From Craspedostauros australis (Eukaryota), in the NCBI GenBank assembly GCA_030167865.1, contig JALAGF010004940.1, positions 1-39,258 on the forward strand: 39,258 nt of DNA, in the 5' to 3' direction. Every line of letters starts with the position of its first letter. The first letter of the stretch is position 1. Below are positions 9,355 through 19,245 of the stretch, one piece after another. Below the pieces are notes generated by a model, which worked only from the letters and a program-made list of their open reading frames with translations, was not told the origin of the DNA and ran no database searches. The position numbers were made by a program, and so were the translations under genes.

Positions 9355-10648
9355 TGCTGCAACTGTTCTTGCGGAGTGTGATATTCCAACTCTTGGGGGT
9401 GTCGTCTGTTGTATGGTGGGGGTGGATGGTTGCAGGCTTCCTGTGATGTTGGAAAGAACTGTGGGATATGCGCTGGACGTCTTGAGGAATCAGTGAGAAT
9501 GGTCATGGGAGAAAACGCGACAGAGACGATGGAGATGACGAAGCTCAGCAACAAGCAACAGCATTCAACGAGCAACAGATACAGTTGAAAAGAAGGGCAA
9601 GAGAAAGACAGATCGTGAGAGATGGATGGCAGCTGGTTGGATTTGGGATGGCACGATCAACCCCCCTTCCCACAATGGATGGGTCTCCAGTACAGTACAA
9701 TACAGCACCATACCAACATTCCATCCTCTCGAATTGAACAACTCTGACACAAGCACAAACACAATCTCCATCACAACGAGGAGACACCGACCGTGGTGGG
9801 CCTTCCTTGTCAGTGTGAATGTCATTGGTAGTGTCAGTGTGGATGTGAATATCCGTTGGTGGGGCATCGATTCGTCTTCTCAGTTCGACGAAGTTGGAAT
9901 GGTTCGAAGTGCAATACGATGCCAGGCCTGCATCCAACCATATACTTACCTTTGATCTCTCCCAGAGACTTGCGTTTGCTGCTTGTGTTGTCGGAGTCGT
10001 GGACAGCACTGAGGCTCGCATCTTCGCTCGCTTCAAGCGCGGCAGAAAGCGCCGACATCCAATCATATCCTTGCCTTTGTTCTTTCCAGAACCTTGAGAT
10101 TGCTGTGTTTGTTGTTGATTGTGTTGTTGGTTGTCAGAGTTGTGGCCAGCACTGAGGCTCGTTGCTTTGTTTGCTTCAATTGTGGCAAAACCGTGCCAAG
10201 ATGCGGACTTCGTGGTTGCCACGCCAAGAAAGGAATCAAGACAGTGGATTGTCCTGTCTTGCCGTTGTCACGACGGTCGTCTTGTTGGAGGAGTTGGTGC
10301 TCTGCGGATGCTGGCGATCGTTTCGCTGTGAGTGGGACTGTCGTCGTCACTGGCGATAATGCAGATGAAGATGCAGACGAAGATGATGACGAGGAAGATG
10401 GCCTTGCTTCTGAGGAAGGTTGATGTTTGTGGTCCTGTTTGATTGATGTCCGCAATTGTGTTTGATTTCGTCATCGTGTCGTTGTCATCGTAGTTGTCGT
10501 CGTTGTTGTTGTTGTTTCTTTCGCCATGGTGAAAGCCTGTTGTGTTCTGAAACGATGTGTTGCGTTTTCCAGGTTTTCGGTGTAACCTTGGGAGTTGTCA
10601 GGTTTTGGCGCAACCTCCTCGAACTCTGTGTTGTTCCAAGTGTGACGC
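6439..10648. repeat. Segmental direct repeat, copy A (~4.2 kb)
   Basis: Colinear similarity with 15125-18937, from attgcttccagc to caagtgtgacgc, covering coding and upstream sequence. Confidence 0.95.
9545..10527 (-). pseudogene. Degenerate ORF-like region with internal imperfect repeats, upstream of NTPase copy A
   Basis: Broken frames carry repeated peptides (LKRAKMRASVLSTTPTT / LKQTKQRASVLATTLTT; ERSKVSIWLDAG / ERTKARI*LDVG) and a TM-like stretch IFLVIIFVCIFICIIA. Also present, with different breaks, at 18072-18814. Confidence 0.3.
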
Positions 10649-11211
10649 CAATAAGAAAACGGCGACGATTGATCAATTGGCACCTCTGGGTGGAGATCCA
10701 GGTTCAAACCCATGTCACCTCCACTCACATGAACATGTTGGCACGAGGATGTTGCGCACAGTGATTGAGCAGTTGCAACATGCCACGCGAAGTGCCGTGT
10801 GTGTTGTGATGTGCTCTCCTGTGTTGTGCTGTGCTGTGCCCTCATCCAGCGTCTGTGCTTGACCAAGTCCATTCTCATGTGTTTTCAACCAATGGAACCA
10901 GTACCAAACAGGGCAGGGCATGGCGGCATAGAATCCAGGATCGTCCGGTTTCGTTCTGGGTCACGGAGGAGTCATCCACTCCAGGCAACAGCGCTGGGAC
11001 CGGGTGCAATGCTCGCTCATTTAGAATTCAACTACGCCATGCTACACTATACTCTGCAATCCAATGCAGCTCCATATCTACAAGCACAAGAATCAATGCA
11101 GCAGAGTACCCCAAACACACACGTCGACTCGTCCTATATCAGTCCACACAATCGACTCTGTCTACTCTACTCTAATCCACTCTGCTCTGCTCTATTCCAT
11201 TCTGCGACATT

Positions 11212-12030
11212 CTATGAATCAGAATCCACCGCTGGACCATCAACCGCCGGACCACCAACGATACTGTACCCACCATCCACATAGATCGTCTGACCTGTGA
11301 TGCCTGTCCCACCCATCGACAAGAATGACACCGTGTCCGCAACCTCATCCGCTGTCACATTGCCCAACGGTGCACGCTCCTGCATCTCCTGTCGCATAGC
11401 TCCAAAGTTGGCGATGCCACCCTTGGCCGCCACCGTGTTTAAGGGACCCGCGCTGACCGCGTTGACGCGCACAGGTACCATCTCCAGTGCCAGACCGCGC
11501 ACGATGGATTCCAGGCTGGCCTTGGCCGGTCCCATGACATGATACGATGGGATGGCGCGCACGGCTCCCAAGTACGTCAAGGCTGTGATGCTGGAGTGGC
11601 GTTCCATGTGAGGCTGTGCATGTCGTGCCAGTTCGATGAGGGAGTATGCTGAGATGGCATGGGCCTCTTGATAGTCTTCCAAGGTGGTGTTCAGCAAGGG
11701 TCGGTGCAGGTTGTTGGCAAATGCCACGGAATGCACGATGGCATGCAATGGACGATGGTGTTGTGACACGTGTTGAAAGAGTTTTGGGATATCGTGTTGG
11801 ACATCGCAAATGAGGCCTGTCAATGACGGATGTTGTTGTTGTTGTTGCTGCTGTTCGGTGTGCTTGTGCATCATCCGTTCCACCTTGGTGCCGATCTTTT
11901 CATTCTGATACGTGAGGATGACATCGTAGTTGTTGTTGAGAAAGGAGCGGACGCAGCTCCATGCGATGGATCTGGCATTCGCAACACCCAAGACCAATGC
12001 GAGCGGTCGTTGAGCTTGTTGGATGCTCAT
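11212..12030 (-). CDS. fabI: Enoyl-[acyl-carrier-protein] reductase (NADH), bacterial FabI-type SDR, 272 aa
   Basis: GVANARSIAW, CDV, IVHSVAFA, ISAYSL, LTYLG...YHVMGPAKASLE (Y-x6-K), VNAVSAGP, GITGQTIYVDGG. Confidence 0.92.
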   Translation of the reverse strand: MSIQQAQRPLALVLGVANARSIAWSCVRSFLNNNYDVILTYQNEKIGTKVERMMHKHTEQQQQQQQHPSLTGLICDVQHDIPKLFQHVSQHHRPLHAIVHSVAFANNLHRPLLNTTLEDYQEAHAISAYSLIELARHAQPHMERHSSITALTYLGAVRAIPSYHVMGPAKASLESIVRGLALEMVPVRVNAVSAGPLNTVAAKGGIANFGAMRQEMQERAPLGNVTADEVADTVSFLSMGGTGITGQTIYVDGGYSIVGGPAVDGPAVDSDS

Positions 12031-12334
12031 TTTTGTGGTGTGCTCTCGTGAGAGAGTTGCGGATGCAGAGCGGCTCTCTCATCTGGAATGCTTCGTGGTG
12101 TGGTCTCCATTGGAGATGATCACGCTTGTAACCATATCCAATGCAACGCAACGCAACGCAACTCCGATCTCAGTCACAACCACGAAGATCGCAGATGTGT
12201 TGATGATGTTGATGGTGTTGATGGCTTGGTTGGAGCCGAAAGATCTCATTTTCTGAGATTGTTCGGTTTCGTCGAAGTTTGTGTGACTCGTGAATGGACC
12301 CATCGGAGTAAATGTGAGTCCGGTGATGAATCCG

Positions 12335-12392
12335 ACGTCATCATTGACAGACTACGTCATCAATACTTGAAGATCTATAAGTAAGATGACGT
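12335..12392. promoter_or_regulatory. Three ACGTCATC/GATGACGT motifs in the divergent intergenic region
   Basis: acgtcatca at 12335 and 12354, and gatgacgt at 12385. The TGACGT core is a bZIP-type site; function is inferred. Confidence 0.35.
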
Positions 12393-13132
12393 CGTGTGAT
12401 TTGGTGTTCGCATGTTGAGAAAGAACAATCAGCGACAGTTGGGAACGAAATGGTTCTTGTGTTGGAAAGAACCGACGTGTGCGTGTTCATGGTTGGAGAA
12501 ACAACGAAGCACATCAATTCTTGGAGACTCCACGATACGCGTGGAACAGGAGGTGAAGACAACTGCCACTCAGGCAACAAATCAGATTGGATGAGAAACA
12601 TCACTGAGAAGAGCGCCGCCGCATTCGTCGTTGTGGGCAGAGGAGCATTGGCACGAGAAGGAGGGCTGCCACACTCCCGGGAGTCTGAGGTGTTGGCCCA
12701 GTTGATGGATTGGGACATGGCCTCGCCATTTTCTGCGTGGTTGTTGGTGCCTTGTGGACGTGGCTGATCGGGCGATCGTTGAAGTTGTGCAAAGAGGGTG
12801 TTCTTCGTTGCTCTCTCGCTTTCTGCTGATCTCTTCAGCTTTGGAGACGAGAGAGGGAGACGGAGATGCAGAGAGATAGCTTCTGCTGACTCTCTGTTGT
12901 GACAACAGCGAATCACTATCACTGCTCCGCACTCTGCGATCCTCAAAGCAACCACTGTCACTGTGATTCCTACTATTTTCTGCACATCTCTCAGATCGAA
13001 CCATTGATACAGTCACGCACAAGTGACAGGCCATCCGTGAGAACTCTCTCTCGTTCGACAGAAGAACAGCACAACATCGGCACAACGTCGGCACCACCGT
13101 AAAGACAGCGATAGATCTTGCCTCATGCAACC

Positions 13133-13993
13133 ATGTCTGGCGTTGCTCACAATTCAATGAACCCCACAACGATGACAAGCACCACAGCCATCGTGAACAA
13201 GAACTCACAGAAAGCAACCACAACCAACGAAAAAGGAACGCAAAGACGAACAAGAATGAGAACATCAGGAGCATACTGGATCGCCCTCGCGGGTGCTGTT
13301 TGGGCGGTGGGTTTGGCCTCGGCTTCCCTCATGCTGCGTCCAGATTCGGGATTGGCGACGATGCAAGCTGATCATCCCAGCGGCAGCATCCTCAATGGCA
13401 GTGCCTCCCTCAGCAGCTGGTGGCTGCAGATTCGCACCATCATGGGACATGAGGCTGAGCGGAATGTATCGCAGGAAGGCACTTCGAACTGGATCGATGA
13501 CACCATATCGCTGCAACCCAGCATGTTCCTCGTTGAAAACCTCCGCGAATCGGATGTCCTGAAGCACATGGAACCCATCTTGCCGACGTCGTTCGCTGGC
13601 AAGGTCGTCCTGGCCACCGAGCTCACGATGCTCATGCTGTTCCCGATGCAGCGGGCGTCCATCGTCTCTGGCAAGCTGGCGCTGCAGGTCAGCCGCGGCC
13701 TTGGCTGGTCCGCTAACCTGGGTCGCTCCGGCAACCTCGTCCTGCAATCCAAGCTCGTTCGCGCCGTGACGCGTCCCGTGGTCTCCGTCGCCAAGACGGT
13801 GCGCTCGATCTACAAGAACAGATCCAAGCTCTCCGTCGTCAGCGAGATCACCTACTACGCCGATCTGCCACCGCAGAACGCTTCCACGGAGATGTCGCAA
13901 GACGAGCAGCAGCAAGAAGAGGAACAGCCCGTCGGTTCGCGGAGAGAGGACTACAACCTCTTCAGCGCTTACAGCAAACACATGATCATCTGA
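13133..13993 (+). CDS. Hypothetical protein with an N-terminal hydrophobic (TM/signal-like) segment
   Basis: ORF with GC3-rich codon usage in its 3' half and the hydrophobic stretch YWIALAGAVWAVGLASASLML. Start is uncertain (several Met). Confidence 0.65.
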   Translation: MSGVAHNSMNPTTMTSTTAIVNKNSQKATTTNEKGTQRRTRMRTSGAYWIALAGAVWAVGLASASLMLRPDSGLATMQADHPSGSILNGSASLSSWWLQIRTIMGHEAERNVSQEGTSNWIDDTISLQPSMFLVENLRESDVLKHMEPILPTSFAGKVVLATELTMLMLFPMQRASIVSGKLALQVSRGLGWSANLGRSGNLVLQSKLVRAVTRPVVSVAKTVRSIYKNRSKLSVVSEITYYADLPPQNASTEMSQDEQQQEEEQPVGSRREDYNLFSAYSKHMII

Positions 13994-14907
13994 ACATCTC
14001 CGAGCAGTTCACAAGAGCTTCCATTGCGCGGCGTCAGCCAAGGCGCACCATTTTGATAAACACGCACACGCACACCAGTGCAGTTCGCACATCCCACTCT
14101 GATACCTCCACACAGCACAACACAACACAGCAACACACCGCACATATCATTTTTACATATTCATACATACCATACCATACACGATATCACACATCATGTC
14201 ACAGATCATAGCACATTAGAACACACCAATACAGAAGTACTGACTCTACACATACTAGCGCAAGTACAACACCATATAGTACAGAGGAAGGTACGGAAGA
14301 GGATACTGAACAGGATACTGAAGTGGATGACCAGGTCCAGCACAAGGAGGCAACTGAGGATAGCACGCAACACGGAGCTCTGACAGGCTGGGCGATACAC
14401 CACGAAGTAGGCATTGCAAGCCCTTCCCAACCACACCAGCGGCGAGGGAAGGACAGACCAACCAGATGGACTCACTGCGATACACAATGGTCGCACAGGA
14501 ACAGATCAAGAGCAACAACAGGCCAACCCTGGCTGGACGGTGACAGGATGCACTGCACAGAACAGCAACCTGTTCATTGTGAACCGCTCTCCACGAGTAA
14601 TATCACAACTATTAGAAATCCACCATGTTACATATAGCACACATGATACAACCTGGTTTGATGATGGTTCCTTGTCGACTTCCGAGATGCTGTGCCACGT
14701 CACTCCACTGTCATGGGCTGTCATGGAACGCCCCTCTGTCACCACATCTTCAACCCTCTTGCATCACTCATCGTGGACGTGGTCGGATCAGCTGAGTGGC
14801 TTCACTTCCACACCGTCATGCATGCAGTCCGCGTTGGCACTGGTTTTCACCACATCCACATTCCACCACTGCTGCCTCCAGCCACCTCCTGTTCTCTATT
14901 GTTCCGC

Positions 14908-17649
14908 TCACTTCGATGATGTGTGTCCGAAGTCGGTTCGAACTGAAGAGTACTTCAACTGGACACCGAAACTCTTGGTCTTCCCACACCCGCCACAGTC
15001 AATACCCACGTCCAACACCGCCTTCGAAGCGGTGGACTTACCGATCGGCATCGTGATGTATGGCTCAAGGTGGGTCTCATCAGCTTCTGCTTCTGCTGTG
15101 GCTGCATTTCTAGCTTCCTCTTCGATTGCTTCCAGCTTCTTTTCGATCATGGCTTCGAATTCTGCCAGGATTTCTTGAAGGAACTGTTCTAGATCTTCCT
15201 CTGCAACGTACTTGGGTGCCACTTGTTCCAACACTTTCATGCAGACAGCCTTCATCACGTCGTAGTGTTCTCTGCCCAATGCATCCGCGACAGCACGATC
15301 ACCAGCAACTCTATCTCTTTCGCTTTTGGCCGCATCAGCATCGGCCTGGCTCATCGTTTGATCCACAAGGCTTTCTGGTCGGCTCGCTACGCAATACACG
15401 CGATCATTGCCAAATGGAATTCGGAGGAGCTCGTGAAAGATCCTGTCCTTGGTGTTGCGGATGGATTCGTTGGAAATCTGCCCATCGGTTGTGTAATCCT
15501 TTGCCTGGATGCAGATGGTGACGAGCTTGAGGTTCTTCCACACAATCTTGTTGCCGACCTCCTCCTTTTGAGCAACCACGACGGACACGTATCCATCTGC
15601 CAAGTTGCTGTTGCCTTCTGCAACGCTTGCGATTGGAGGGTGGAACGCCTGCGTCCCTTCCTCCAGCGTTGGGTTTGTCTTGATGGCATTTCGCAGGTCC
15701 CAGAGTCCCTTGAGGTAGTCCTTGTCAATGGTCAGCGTTGCTTCGTCACTATGCAGGAGAGGGGCATACTTCTGGAGTTCATCAGTGTTGTTGGGGGGAT
15801 CAGGATTGTTGTGTTCGACCTCCCAGCCTTCCAGGCCATCCCAGTAGGTTCGGTTCCGTCGCTGCTGCACTTGTTGCTGCTGCTGCTGTGGTTGTGTTCG
15901 CCCCAATGACAACTGCATGGGCGACTTCTGAAGGTACATGCCCTTCATGGCAAACTCTGATGGAAAAGCAACAGGGTACCATCCGCGAAGCCCTTCCCAC
16001 GATTCTGCGATGTCCTTGTCCACGAATGGAGATGTGACAGCATCACCATCTCTCACCTCCGATGCGTACATCGCAGCGCCATCCTCGAGCATCGATTTCA
16101 GATCCTTTCGATGTGTTGCCTCAACGGTCGTGGCTGCTGCTGTCACATTGGAGAGGAATTGGACTGCGAGCGCTTCATATGCGAATGGTGTCGTCTCCAA
16201 AGATTCATCGAGATGTGCCAGGACTTCTCCACCAGCGATAATCCAGCTACAGAGTCGCTGTATGGCAGGATCCATGAGGAAAGGGTACATCTCAACTCTC
16301 CCGTCCTCCTGTTCTGCCATCGTGGAGAGATCCGCGAATGATGGGATTGTCAGGAGCCCATACTCTCCAATGAGATCGTGTATCTCGACGCGGTCCTCAC
16401 CAAAGTGTTGGAAGTGGATGGCATCGTTCAGAACCTTCTCTCGGATGGAATGGGCATCCTCACCAGGTGACACCTTGATCGTTTGCTGGAAGAGGAGGGC
16501 AGCGTACGCGCTTGCCACAATCTGCTGGCGTGCGTGTGGGGACTTCCACAAGGACTCCATGCCGTTGGTTGTGCAGAAGTCCTCAAAAACAGTTGAGATG
16601 ATCTTGACTTGATGGCGGGGATCATGATAGGAGAAGTTCGCGGCCGCAAGCTGGAACACCAAGGCAGAGGTCATTCTTGAGTTGTGGTGGACGATATCGT
16701 TGAGGAGGGGATATTCTGGAAGCTGTTGATAGGGTGGAAATTTGTTCTGACTGTCTGGATACTCTCGACAGAGAACGTTGTAGACATCTTCAACCTGTCT
16801 TTGAGCAATTGGTTGGAGTTGCTCGAAGTTGTCAGGCAAGCTTCCTTCCGTGTCACTCTGGAAGCATGTACCTGCAATGGAGAACACCACCCGCAGTGAT
16901 TCCTTCTGCGTGTTGATCCACTTGATCTCATCGTGACAGTTTCCGCTTCCGTTTGGGTTGTTGCATCCTGTCATGATGAATGCGGCAAGATCCTGACCAA
17001 GATCTTCATAGTCGCAGATGATCTCATTGATGAGGTTGGGTTGGGATCCTGCTTCATCGATGGCGACGACGATTCGCACCATGTCTTCCGTGGAGTTGCG
17101 GTGCTTGATCATTTCAGCGATCTCGCCAAAAAGAGCTCGGATGCTCTCGTCTTGATCCACAAGCTTGTGAATACTTTTCTTGAGACAGATTCGTGCTTCG
17201 TCTTCCCGAACATAGCCCCACTCAGCAGTAGGAATGTCCTCGTCGACAACCAGTTGGATGGAAAAGGCAGCATCTCTTGAGTACGCACTCGCTGCGAGCT
17301 CGGCTGTCTTTCCGCTCCCGCTGGCAGAGCAGTACAGCAGCACCCGATTACGGAATGCCTCGTCAGTTGCCTTTTCCATGTACAGCTTCTTTGGCGATCT
17401 TCCATGTTTGGCTTGATGTCGGAACTGAGGGTTGCCGATGTAGAAGACCTGGAGAGAAGAATGCCATTCGCCGTGTCTGGTGCAAACTTCCACTTGATGG
17501 AGTGTTGGTGTTGTCTTTTCACGGATGGCATTGTGCAACTTGTTGATGATGACATCTTGGAGTGGCACCGGTGACCTTTCGTTGGAAGGTGCGATTCCTG
17601 TGTATGATCGCTCGCTGCTCCTGTTCTTGCGCTTGTTGTTCTTCCCCAT
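14908..17649 (-). CDS. P-loop NTPase + PD-(D/E)XK-like nuclease protein (Crinkler/RHS-type-like), copy B, intact, 913 aa
   Basis: Uninterrupted ORF from MGKNNKRK (ATG homologous to copy A's start). Walker A at ~17305-17328, Walker B at ~17048-17068, ADGY...IQAK at ~15499-15600, then a C-terminal coiled-coil-like acidic helix. Confidence 0.8.
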   Translation of the reverse strand: MGKNNKRKNRSSERSYTGIAPSNERSPVPLQDVIINKLHNAIREKTTPTLHQVEVCTRHGEWHSSLQVFYIGNPQFRHQAKHGRSPKKLYMEKATDEAFRNRVLLYCSASGSGKTAELAASAYSRDAAFSIQLVVDEDIPTAEWGYVREDEARICLKKSIHKLVDQDESIRALFGEIAEMIKHRNSTEDMVRIVVAIDEAGSQPNLINEIICDYEDLGQDLAAFIMTGCNNPNGSGNCHDEIKWINTQKESLRVVFSIAGTCFQSDTEGSLPDNFEQLQPIAQRQVEDVYNVLCREYPDSQNKFPPYQQLPEYPLLNDIVHHNSRMTSALVFQLAAANFSYHDPRHQVKIISTVFEDFCTTNGMESLWKSPHARQQIVASAYAALLFQQTIKVSPGEDAHSIREKVLNDAIHFQHFGEDRVEIHDLIGEYGLLTIPSFADLSTMAEQEDGRVEMYPFLMDPAIQRLCSWIIAGGEVLAHLDESLETTPFAYEALAVQFLSNVTAAATTVEATHRKDLKSMLEDGAAMYASEVRDGDAVTSPFVDKDIAESWEGLRGWYPVAFPSEFAMKGMYLQKSPMQLSLGRTQPQQQQQQVQQRRNRTYWDGLEGWEVEHNNPDPPNNTDELQKYAPLLHSDEATLTIDKDYLKGLWDLRNAIKTNPTLEEGTQAFHPPIASVAEGNSNLADGYVSVVVAQKEEVGNKIVWKNLKLVTICIQAKDYTTDGQISNESIRNTKDRIFHELLRIPFGNDRVYCVASRPESLVDQTMSQADADAAKSERDRVAGDRAVADALGREHYDVMKAVCMKVLEQVAPKYVAEEDLEQFLQEILAEFEAMIEKKLEAIEEEARNAATAEAEADETHLEPYITMPIGKSTASKAVLDVGIDCGGCGKTKSFGVQLKYSSVRTDFGHTSSK

Positions 17650-18937
17650 TGTTGCGACTGCTCTTGCGGAGTGTGGTATTCCAACTCTTGGGGATGCCGT
17701 CTGCTGTATGTTGTGGGTGGATGGTTGCAGGCTTCCTGTGACGTTGGAAAGCACTGTGGGATATGCGCTGCACGTCTTGAGGAATCAGTGAGAATGGTCA
17801 TGGGAGAAAACGTGACGAAGGCGACGAAGCTCAGCAACAAGCAACAGCATACAACGAGCAACAGGTACAGTTGAACGGAAGGGCAAGAGAAAGACAGATT
17901 GTGAGAGATGAATGGCAGCTGGTTAGATTTGGAATGGCACGATCAACCCCTGTCCCACAATGGATGAGCCTCCGGTACGATACAATACAACGCAATACCA
18001 TACCACATTCCATCTTCTGGAATTGAACGGGCCTGACACAAGGACAACCACCTGCACAAGCACAATCTCCATCACACCAACAAGACATTGTGATGGGCCT
18101 TCCTTGTCATGTTTGTGTCATTGGTAGTGTGAATGTGCATGTCAGTGTCAGTGTGAATGTTTGTCGGTGGAGTATTGATTCGTCCTCTCAGTTCGACGAA
18201 GTTGGAATGGTTCGAAGTACAATACGATGTCAGGCCTGCATCCAAACATATCCTTACCTTTGCTCTCTCCCAGAGCCTTCCGTTTGCTGCATGTGTTGCT
18301 TGTGTTGTCGGAGTTATGGACAGCACTGAGGCTCGCATCTTCGCTCGCTTCAAGCGCGGCAGAAAGCGCCGACATCCAATCATATCCTTGCCTTTGTTCT
18401 TTCCCAGAGCGTTGCGTTGGTTGCTTGTGTTGTCTGTTGTCGGAGTTGTGGCCAGCACTGACACTCGTTTCTTTGCTCGTTTCAAGTGCGGCAGAAACGT
18501 GCCGAGATGCGGACTTCGTGGTTGCTACGCCAAAAAGGGAATCAAGATAGTGGATTTTCCTGTCTTGTCGTTGTCACGACGGTCTTCTTGTTGGAGGAGT
18601 TGGTGTTCTGTGGATGCTGGCGATCCTTTCGCTGCCAGTGGGACTGTCGTCGTCACTGGCGGCAATGCAGATGAAGATGCAGACGAAGATGATGACGAGG
18701 AAGATAGCCTTACTTCTGAGGAAGGTTGATGTTTATGGTCCTGTTTGATTGATGTCCGCAATTGTGTTTGATTTCTTTCGTCGTCGTCGTTGTTGTTGTT
18801 GTTTCTTTCGCCATGGTGAAAGCCTGTTGTGTTCTGAAACGATCTGTTGCGTTTTCCAGGTTTTCGGTGTAACCTTGGAAGTTGTCAGGTTTTGGCGCAA
18901 CCTCTTCGAACTCTGTGTTGCTTCAAGTGTGTGACGC
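15125..18937. repeat. Segmental direct repeat, copy B (~3.8 kb)
   Basis: Colinear with 6439-10648, but lacks ~400 nt present in copy A at ~8914-9321. Confidence 0.95.
18072..18814 (-). pseudogene. Degenerate ORF-like region upstream of NTPase copy B (paralogue of 9545-10527)
   Basis: Same repeated peptides as in copy A, with an in-frame TAG at 18525-18527. Confidence 0.3.
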
Positions 18938-19245
18938 GGTCTTCGTATCTGTCTAGTCTCCGACTCGTTCGATCGCGGTTCCAATCGAAAGAACGTTAAC
19001 GAACAAAATGTTCTTGAGATGTCTATTCTTTGAAAGCTGCGTTAAATTACTTTTATCTGTATACTTCCATTCGCAGATTATCTGCAATATACATAAATCA
19101 AACTCAACTCCCAAAAAGTATAACTGTATCCAATATGAATATATCGCAACCCTAAGGATCCACGCAGGCAACAACTGGCCGATCGCTTTCTTTCTTCCAT
19201 CACATGACAACGTATCGTAGCACTTGCGAATAGGAACGAGCACCA

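Noticed and set aside
17650-17754. N-terminal extension of copy B given in the ORF track (948 aa)
   Set aside because: Starts at a non-ATG codon; the ATG at 17649 matches copy A's start
14020-18940. Terminal inverted repeats or a TSD around effector copy B
   Set aside because: Only a 6-bp gcgtca/tgacgc match near 14031, which is not significant
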